Origin: Paraspadella gotoi
Taxonomy: Eukaryota; Animalia; Chaetognatha
Length of the DNA stretch: 5,158 bases
Reading direction: 5' to 3'
NCBI GenBank assembly: GCA_051294375.1
Contig: JBJCIZ010001129.1
Coordinates: forward strand, 1 to 5,158
Shown: piece after piece, positions 1 to 5,158 of the stretch
How positions within the stretch are numbered: the first letter of the stretch is position 1
Layout: each line of letters begins with the position of its first letter
Made by a program: the position numbers and the translations under genes
Notes under the pieces: generated by a model
The model's database searches: none
What the model was told of the DNA's origin: nothing
The model's input: only the letters and a program-made list of their open reading frames with translations

Positions 1-44
1 CATTATAGAAATTTAAGTAAAATACTTTAAGTAAATAATGACTT

Positions 45-330
45 TTGTTTTTCCCTTTTAACTCATTTCACTCGGCACGATTCATCGAAACGTTATATCA
101 GCTCAATCTCACACTTCCCACCATCATAACAAAATTTCAATGTCATTGCCCTATCCACTCATGGAGCAATTGGCTTCAATATAGTGAAATAATTTTTTTG
201 GTTTTTTTCCATTTAAACAATTTCCACCGCAACGATCTCCTCAAAACTTCATATCCATCCATATCACACTGTTTCCTACCACACACAAAATTCAATAACC
301 AACATCCATCAATCACGAGTAATTGGAGTT
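45..330 (+). repeat. Two diverged ~153-bp tandem units (family A)
   Basis: TTTTCCCTTTTAACTCATTTCACTCGGCACGATT...TCACACT...AAAATTTCAA...GAGCAATTGG (anchor 164-173) aligns with TTTTCCATTTAAACAATTTCCACCGCAACGATC...TCACACT...AAAATTCAA...GAGTAATTGG (anchor 317-326). The anchor spacing is 153 bp. Confidence 0.7.
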
Positions 331-344
331 TTTTGCTAAGTGGG

Positions 345-458
345 CGGACGGACGGACGGACGACGGACGGACGGACGGACGGAGGACGGGACGGAGGACG
401 GACCGGACGGACGGACGACGGACGGACGGACGGACCGGACAGACGCGACGGACGGACA
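345..458 (+). repeat. Imperfect (GGAC)n tetranucleotide microsatellite
   Basis: Directly visible. It accounts for the GRTD and PSVR repeats in ORFs 45..476 and 336..665. Confidence 0.97.
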
Positions 459-750
459 TCGTTTTGTTTTGCATAAATTTATCAAATACATCGATGTTCT
501 GACATGAATAAATAAGTGCTGTGCCCCGACAATATTGAAAATAATTAAATAGATATTTACATTTGGACCGTTTGTTGTCTGTGGATTGGTGGTTTCAACG
601 CAATCTGTTACTTGTTTTTTTAGACTTTTTGTTTTTTTTGAATGCCCTTGTTGTACTGAAATCAACCTTGTTGAATTCGCAATAAAACGGCATATATTTA
701 ATATTCGAGGGGGCGGACCGATCGGACCGACAAAAGTGAGTTATAGAGTG

Positions 751-771
751 GGACTGCTTGATAAGCAGACC
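751..771. other. Stem-loop, probable Helentron/HINE 3' terminal hairpin
   Basis: GG-A-CTGCTT-GAT-AAGCAG-A-CC forms a perfect 6-bp stem (754-759/763-768), extendable past one mismatch, just after AAAGTGAGTTATAGAG. Confidence 0.6.
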
Positions 772-984
772 GATAAGAAATATCAAAAACAATTTTTTGA
801 GAACATCTTCCTATCTATAGAATAATATTAAAAAATTAATATGATCGCTTCTGCCATTTTTTAGAAAATTTTGGTCCATTGAAAGTTTTCTCAGAAAATG
901 TATGAAGTAGTTTTCATTTGGAAAGGTTCCACCAAATCAAACCTCTGACCCACCCATTGACGAAGTTTGGCTCTTAATACTGCT

Positions 985-1438
985 GGATATAAAAGTTCTC
1001 GAGGAATCGTGTGAGTTAAGAGAAAAACATAAAGTCGCATATACTAAAATATTTGTAATTAATTTTCAAACGCCAATAAGGTACTCCTAATAATTATCAA
1101 TTCGGACTACGACATACCGACTGCAGTACACAAATCTTCTCTCTGTCGTGCGCTAGAAACCAGCCTGTGTACCCACGACCTCCGCCTGAATAGAAAGTTT
1201 CGGTGGAAAACGTACGAGTGAAATGTTTAAATGAAAAAATATGATCACATTTAGCGTTAATCTTTTTAACTTAGTTTTAAACCCCCATAATAAGGATGGA
1301 GATGAAAATTTCTGTGGAGCGGGTAGCGAAAGTGTGAAGAAGCGAGATATAAAGTTTGACGGAATTGTGCCAGTGAAATGAGTTAAATGGAAATAACCTT
1401 AGATGACATTTACTTGCAATCTCTTTACTATTTAATGA
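985..1438 (-). repeat. Array of diverged family A units in inverted orientation
   Basis: 1351-1438 AAAGTTTGACGGAATTGTGCCAGTGAAATGAGTTAAATGGAAA is the reverse-complement homolog of ~45-110. Weaker copies occur at ~1194-1275 (AAAGTTTCGGTGGAAAACGTACGAGTGAAATGTTTAAATGAAAAA, 157 bp upstream) and ~985-1050. Confidence 0.7.
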
Positions 1439-1670
1439 GAGAGAGCAGAGAGAGAGAAAGAGAGAAGAGAAGAGAGAGAGAGAGAGAGAGAGAACAGACC
1501 AAAAATGAGCCATAGATCGTCCGCAAATTGCAAAGAGAGAGGAGAAGAGAGAGAGAGAACAGAAAAAGAGCATCTACAGATCGTTTCAATCGCCAAAGAG
1601 AGAGAAGAGAGAGAGAGAGACGGAAGAGTAGAGAGAGCAGAGAGAGAGAGAGAAAGAAAAGAGGCAGAGA
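1437..1670 (+). repeat. Interrupted (GA)n tracts separated by a repeated ~30-bp spacer
   Basis: GA tracts lie at ~1437-1494, ~1533-1562 and ~1597-1670. The spacers are AAAAATGAGCCATAGATCGTCCGCAAATTGCAAA (1501-1534) and AAAAAGAGCATCTACAGATCGTTTCAATCGCCAAA (1563-1597). Confidence 0.93.
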
Positions 1671-2035
1671 CGCCCGACTAATAAATTAAGCGACTAAGAA
1701 AGCTTAGTTTACCTCGCACTGCCAACCTACACCAGCTACTCCAACACACATACTTACAACCATACACCCTACAGCACGCCTCGATACAACCGACTCTACT
1801 TATCCGATCCAACATTGGTTTTAGATACAGGGGGACGCTCGAAACGTATACGTACGAAAAACTTCTAAAGTCACCATTCAGAAGCAACAAACCCATCAGT
1901 GAGCATTACATTGTCAAAACAAAATGAATTCTCATGTTTTGTTCATTATTGATCGCAGTAGGCTATATGTTATATATAAGTCAAACTATCCTTAATAAAA
2001 TGACAAAACTTTTCAAAATAGCTTTCTTAATTTGA

Positions 2036-2286
2036 TTGCAGATTAGAATTCCTCGTCAAAAGTGATAAAAGAAAATAACTAAAATTATTCCTAAAAAAAT
2101 TATTTCATTAATGCTGGGTTAAAAATATTACAAAACAATACTCTCCTAACTATACTACAACACAGTTCAATTCTCTTCAGTCTTGAAAAATAAACCTTTT
2201 TCTAATTTTTGACACCACGTTATGAAGAATTTCAAATAGAGTTATATTTCTTTTTATCAAATTTATGACGAAATCCAAATCTGCAA
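2036..2286. repeat. Imperfect ~45-bp inverted repeat pair (MITE/foldback-like)
   Basis: The reverse complement of 2036-2080 is AGTTATTTTCTTTTATCACTTTTGACGAGGAATTCTAATCTGCAA. Bases 2240-2286 read AGTTATATTTCTTTTTATCAAATTTATGACGAAATCCAAATCTGCAA. Confidence 0.8.
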
Positions 2287-2528
2287 AAAAAATCCTTAGA
2301 CCAAAAACTATGTTTCTGAAACTTGTAACATTATTGGGAGTACGTACCTAAGTATAATCCCCAATATGGCCTATCCCCCTGCCGTAAATTGGTAAAATTT
2401 CATTAAGACAATATTTTTTAACATATAATTTTCATTTAGTATAAATGTTGTTTCGTTCCCTCACTTTTAGAAATTTTAATTAAAGTTAAATTTAAGAAAA
2501 TTTACTTACCCTATTGTAATCACATGCA

Positions 2529-2712
2529 ATATATCAGTAAGGCGGGGCCAACATTGAACGCTCTCTCTCTGTAACTTCTAGCTCTCTCAACAAAAAACTT
2601 TCTCTTTTTCCGCCTACTACTAACTCGCATTCTTCAACTGTAACTTTTTGACAATCTCAGTTCTCTTTTTCATTGGGTGTTGCACTGAACCGCCTCTTTA
2701 AATATATAATAC
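2529..2712 (+). repeat. Direct repeat family B, copy 1
   Basis: ATATCAGTAAGGCGGGGCCAACATTGAAC...TAACTTCTAGCTCTCTC...TACTACTAA...TGTAACTTTTTGA...TTCATTGGGTGTTGCACTGAA...TTTAAATAT is collinear with 3143-3300. Confidence 0.88.
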
Positions 2713-3077
2713 ATAACAAACGAAAACAAAAAAAATTTTACAAATTCTATTTTCTTAACGAACCGGTTCTTCCGTACCATGCTTCAAAAACCAGTTAATC
2801 TGAACCTTAGTACTATACCACTTTTTTTCAAATCTCTTGAACAAAAAATTGTCTAACAAATACAAAACAACCTAAAAAATCTCTATCATCCATCCATCAT
2901 TATTGCGGCTGAATTTTTATTTTTTAAATTTTTCACATTAATAAAATCAATCAAAAAGTTGTACTTAATACACCTTACCTAACTTTTAAAAGCTCTATCA
3001 GAGACCTATACAAAAAATTGAATAAGCAAAATTTCGAAAAATTATCTATTTTCATTTTCATATTATTTAATAGTCGC

Positions 3078-3107
3078 TTAACCATTAAGCATTAACCATT
3101 AACCATT
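3078..3107 (+). repeat. Short 7-mer tandem repeat (TTAACCA)~4
   Basis: TTAACCA TTAAGCA TTAACCA TTAACCA TT. Confidence 0.85.
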
Positions 3108-3142
3108 TGAGAGAATTTCTAGTTTTCAACCTGTTCCGGCCT

Positions 3143-3300
3143 AATATCTAGTAAGGTGGGCCAAAATTGAACACTTTTTATAACTCCTAGTTCTCTCTAA
3201 AATTTTTTTTTCCTTTTACTACTAAATCGATTTTCAATGTAACTTTTTGATTTAGTTCATTGGGTTGTTGCACTGAAGCTTTTAAATATTTATTAATATA
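3143..3300 (+). repeat. Direct repeat family B, copy 2
   Basis: ATATCTAGTAAGGTGGGCCAAAATTGAAC...TAACTCCTAGTTCTCTC...TACTACTAA...TGTAACTTTTTGA...TTCATTGGGTTGTTGCACTGAA...TTTAAATAT. Confidence 0.88.
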
Positions 3301-3310
3301 TAATAATTAT

Positions 3311-3398
3311 AAAAAGTTTTGACGGAATTGTGCCAGTGGAAATGAGTTTAGATGGAAAAAACATAAGTCACATTTACTTGAATCTTTAATATTAATGA
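3311..3398 (-). repeat. Family A copy, direct repeat of 1351-1438
   Basis: AAAGTTTTGACGGAATTGTGCCAGTGGAAATGAGTTTAGATGGAAA...ACATTTACTTG is closely similar to 1351-1416. Confidence 0.9.
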
Positions 3399-3414
3399 TT
3401 ACTAATAAATGTTT

Positions 3415-3450
3415 GAATTAATTAATTAGTTAAATAATTAATTAATTAAT
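3415..3450. repeat. Degenerate (TTAA)n tract
   Basis: AATTAATTAATTAGTTAAATAATTAATTAATTAAT. Confidence 0.8.
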
Positions 3451-3509
3451 GTAAAAAAATGATGCAAGTTAAAAAAATCTTAAAAGCATAAAGATCGTCG
3501 CAATTGCAT

Positions 3510-3513
<4 letters not shown>

Positions 3514-3572
<59 letters not shown>

Positions 3573-3578
3573 GAGAGA
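3514..3578 (+). repeat. (AG)n microsatellite
   Basis: Perfect (AG)28 at 3514-3569, then one T interruption and more GA units. Confidence 0.99.
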
Positions 3579-3724
3579 CAAGGAGACATAAAATAAAATA
3601 AAGGATATTTGTTTGTTTTGATAAAATGTAAACAAAACATATTTAATAACTGTCCTAACCCAATTTTAAGGACATCGATGATGATAAGTTGAATATAAAT
3701 TTAAAATTAATTATTACATATTAA

Positions 3725-3777
3725 AATTAATTAATTAATTAATTAATTAATCGATTCATTAATTAATTAATTAATTA
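3725..3777. repeat. (TTAA)n palindromic tract centred on ATCGAT
   Basis: TTAATTAATTAATTAA-TCGA-TTCATTAATTAATTAA is self-complementary with one mismatch. Confidence 0.9.
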
Positions 3778-3812
3778 TCGTAGGCAGATCCGACATTGTT
3801 TGCTCCAACTTG

Positions 3813-3818
3813 TTTATT
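3813..3818 (-). promoter_or_regulatory. Putative polyadenylation signal (AATAAA) of the capsid gene
   Basis: Minus-strand AATAAA (plus TTTATT, 3813-3818) lies ~12 nt after the reconstructed stop at 3830. The AT-rich context lowers its specificity. Confidence 0.4.
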
Positions 3819-3829
3819 TTCGTTTCAAT

Positions 3830-4395
3830 TTAAAAATTGTAGTTCAATAAAACCTGTCTCTGAGAATTAATGAATATTTCCGGTTAAAAATGCAATATAC
3901 GATGAGCTTCGCGTTAGGCGGGAGGTCGGCGCCAAACTCCAACGTCAATTTGGCAGGGGCGAATTTTGGCAACGCGTGGATGTCGGGCGACGTACTGGGT
4001 GAGTCGAAACTAGTGCTAATCAACGAAATTCTCCTCTGATATCTTCCATAATCTATACTGAGAGAGTCGTTTGAATAAAGACCAGTCATCTGAAATAAAG
4101 AAAAAAATCCTTCTGTCCAATCAGGCGCCGTATCCGATGTAAAATTCAAGTTCATGCCATTGGGACTCGGTATCGTCTTGCCAGAAATTTGATAATAAAG
4201 TCGCCTCAGATCGAAATTCTGAAAATAATAAGGAGACTTCGTAAAAGTGCCTTCAAACGCGTCGGCGTCAACGAGCCCCACTACAGCCACCTGCGGAATC
4301 TCATTTTTCGCGAAGACGTCGTCGAATAAATAATTTCTCCTGCCGGCCGGTAAGCTGTATTCGAAGCATCTGCAATATTTAAACTCGTAAGAAAG
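3830..4395 (-). pseudogene. 5'-truncated, frameshifted Polinton/Maverick (adintovirus-like, F54H12.2-like) double-jelly-roll major capsid protein, C-terminal half
   Basis: The frame of ORF 3844..4290 stays open upstream to a TAA at 4398-4396. It reads LSYEFKYCRCFEYSLPAGRRNYLFDDVFAKNEIPQVAVVGLVDADAFEGTFTKSPYYFQNFDLRRLYYQISGKTIPS...WTEGFFSLFQMTG...SIDYGRY...KLTLEFGADLPPNAKLIVYCIFN. This is collinear with the family pattern as I recall it (KYP...F.IP.G....DNVF.GQLP.RIIIG.V...AF.G....NPF.F..F.L.......G..IPS......F......Y..LF..TG....I....Y......L.LE..F...L......IVYAEF). A -1 shift at ~3880-3883 gives EIFINSQRQVLLNYNF* (TAA 3832-3830), matching the recalled family terminus (LEID..RQV..DF*). There is no in-frame ATG start and the N-terminal half is absent. 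Confidence 0.8.
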
Positions 4396-4408
4396 TTAGT
4401 ATTTGTAT

Positions 4409-4571
4409 GTTTCGGCACACACTTTAAAATTTTCAAAACAACATGGCGCCGTCGTCTGCTCATGTGCCGAAACCTGCCTAGAGATGGCGCTTAAATATAA
4501 TTTTGTGCCGAAAACTGTTGAGAGATGGCACTTATATATAATTTTGTGCCGAAACTTGCCGAGAGATGGCA
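4409..4571. repeat. 41-bp tandem repeat (~2.7 units) plus an inverted 11-bp core copy
   Basis: Units are 4463-4503 TGTGCCGAAACCTGCCTAGAGATGGCGCTTAAATATAATTT, 4504-4544 TGTGCCGAAAACTGTTGAGAGATGGCACTTATATATAATTT and 4545-4571 TGTGCCGAAACTTGCCGAGAGATGGCA. GTTTCGGCACA at 4409-4419 is the exact reverse complement of 4463-4473. Confidence 0.92.
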
Positions 4572-4610
4572 GAACAGTAGAACTTGCCGAACGCTTATTT
4601 AAAAAATACC

Positions 4611-4951
4611 TTAAACTTTTGCCAACTGTTTGGCGTTTTCCATCGCCGCCGCCGCCTTCGCTCGCCGGATTCGTCTGATGGCGACGACAAAGGCCGCCCC
4701 GACGACGAGCCCCGTTAGTAGAGAGAACACACAGTTATTAATATATTTTTTTTACTTAATTATAATCGTTAAAGATGGCTGCAATGATTGGAGTACCTTG
4801 TCGAATTAGAGGAAGAAGTAGAGGAAGAAGTAGAAGTAGAGGAAGAAGAAGAAGAAGAAGAAGATGATGACAATGGAGACGAAGACGCCGTCGTCGCCGT
4901 ATCGCATAGAAGAAAAAACTTATTTTGTTAATGCCTCGTCTTTTTTTTCAT
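4611..4951 (-). pseudogene. Disrupted small single-pass membrane protein gene (Ser/Thr-rich segment, TM helix, basic tail)
   Basis: Frame 4751-4611 reads KKYINNCVFSLLTGLVVGAAFVVAIRRIRRAKAAAAMENAKQLAKV*, a 19-aa hydrophobic helix followed by RRIRRAK. Frame 4927-4769 reads QNKFFLLCDTATTASSSPL(S)11TSTSSSTSSSNSTRYSNHCSHL* with mixed TCT/TCA/TCG/TCC codons. An ATG at 4951-4949 is in the Ser frame but is followed by TAA at 4930-4928. Joining the pieces requires frameshift and stop repair. Confidence 0.45.
4808..4870 (+). repeat. (GAA)n / GAGGAAGAAGTA low-complexity triplet tract
   Basis: Directly visible triplet-periodic purine tract. Confidence 0.9.
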
Positions 4952-5158
4952 ATATTAATTTCTAAAAACTAAATTACATGTTAAACATCTTAAGGGCCTC
5001 GCAGGAGCTTCCCCAGCATTGATAAGCTGCGTAAACTGTGAAATTTGGAGAAAGGTAGACTTAAGTAAAATTTCTTTTTATTTGACTTTTTTAATTTCTT
5101 ACTTTCATCGAATCCTCACCCGCGAAACCTCTCAATGCACTTCTAAAAAATAATAGTG

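Larger units (their letters stand above)
1..780 (+). mobile_element. Non-autonomous Helentron/DINE-1-like (HINE) element, 3' portion
   Basis: The order is diverged ~153-bp tandem units (~45-330), a (GGAC)n tract (345-458), short CGGACCGA repeats (~715-731), AAAGTGAGTTATAG (733-746, subTIR-like), a hairpin (751-771) and an A-rich end. This matches the known DINE-1/HINE layout. The 5' subTIR is not in the window, and 460-710 may be an insertion or a second element. Confidence 0.5.
3810..4951 (-). mobile_element. Remnant of an endogenous Polinton/Maverick-like virus (capsid fragment, repeat array, small membrane-protein gene)
   Basis: The sequence shifts from AT-rich microsatellite DNA to GC/CpG-richer blocks (GTCGTCG, GCCGCCG) carrying co-oriented minus-strand coding segments with no evident introns, one of them the capsid fragment. 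No TIRs, integrase, pPolB or target-site duplication are visible, so the boundaries are approximate. Confidence 0.55.

Noticed and set aside
45-665. ORFs 45..476 (+) and 336..665 (-)
   Set aside because: They are kept open by the (GGAC)n tract and family A repeats, with no recognisable domain.
586-825. ORFs 586..825 (+) and 595..792 (-)
   Set aside because: Short overlapping frames across a repeat-element end, with no protein-like features I recognise.
1277-1573. ORF with SLSL repeats (likewise ORF 3446..3640)
   Set aside because: These are translations of (TC)n microsatellites.
1678-1896. 72-aa minus-strand ORF over a C/A-skewed stretch
   Set aside because: Compositional bias explains the open frame and no homology is recognised.
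1079-2349. Weak inverted similarity between 1079-1100 (GTACTCCTAATAAT) and 2325-2349 (ATTATTGGGAGTAC)
   Set aside because: Too short and AT-rich to define element termini.
3078-3107. (TTAACCA)n as an interstitial telomeric repeat
   Set aside because: Only ~4 units, and not a canonical telomere motif I can support.
3514-3578. (AG)n as a Polinton terminus (these often start 5'-AG)
   Set aside because: The tract belongs to the cassette also found at 1351-1670, and no TIR partner or 6-bp TSD is visible.
4370-4401. Minus-strand TACTAAC branch point plus TTGCAG acceptor, implying a spliced capsid exon
   Set aside because: Capsid similarity appears to continue through the would-be intron (LSYEFKYC) and no matching upstream exon is evident. 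RNA-seq could overturn this.
4463-4571. Repeat array as a CRISPR or mini-array
   Set aside because: The linkers are near-identical rather than unique spacers, the context is eukaryotic and no cas genes are present.
4403-4678. 91-aa plus-strand ORF
   Set aside because: It runs through the 41-bp repeats, whose period is not a multiple of 3, and is antisense to the better TM-helix reading.

Overview
AT-rich eukaryotic DNA, probably from an invertebrate animal, in two parts. Bases ~1-3780 are non-coding repeat material: a Helentron/DINE-1-like non-autonomous element with ~153-bp diverged tandem units, a (GGAC)n tract and a 3' hairpin, further inverted copies of those units, (GA)n and (TTAA)n tracts, a foldback pair and a ~170-bp direct duplication. 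Bases ~3810-4950 are a CpG-rich, virus-like island. Its minus strand holds the C-terminal half of a divergent Polinton/Maverick (adintovirus-type, 'F54H12.2-like') major capsid protein. That reading is longer than the ORF track shows: it extends in frame to 4395, and the family-like C-terminus lies in a -1 frame ending at 3830. Next come a 41-bp tandem repeat array with an inverted copy near the capsid breakpoint, and a disrupted small gene missed by the ORF track, with a Ser/Thr-rich segment, a GxxxG transmembrane helix and a basic tail. The opposite strand of the Ser-rich tract reads as a protamine-like Arg-rich peptide. All family assignments come from motif recognition by eye, not from database searches.
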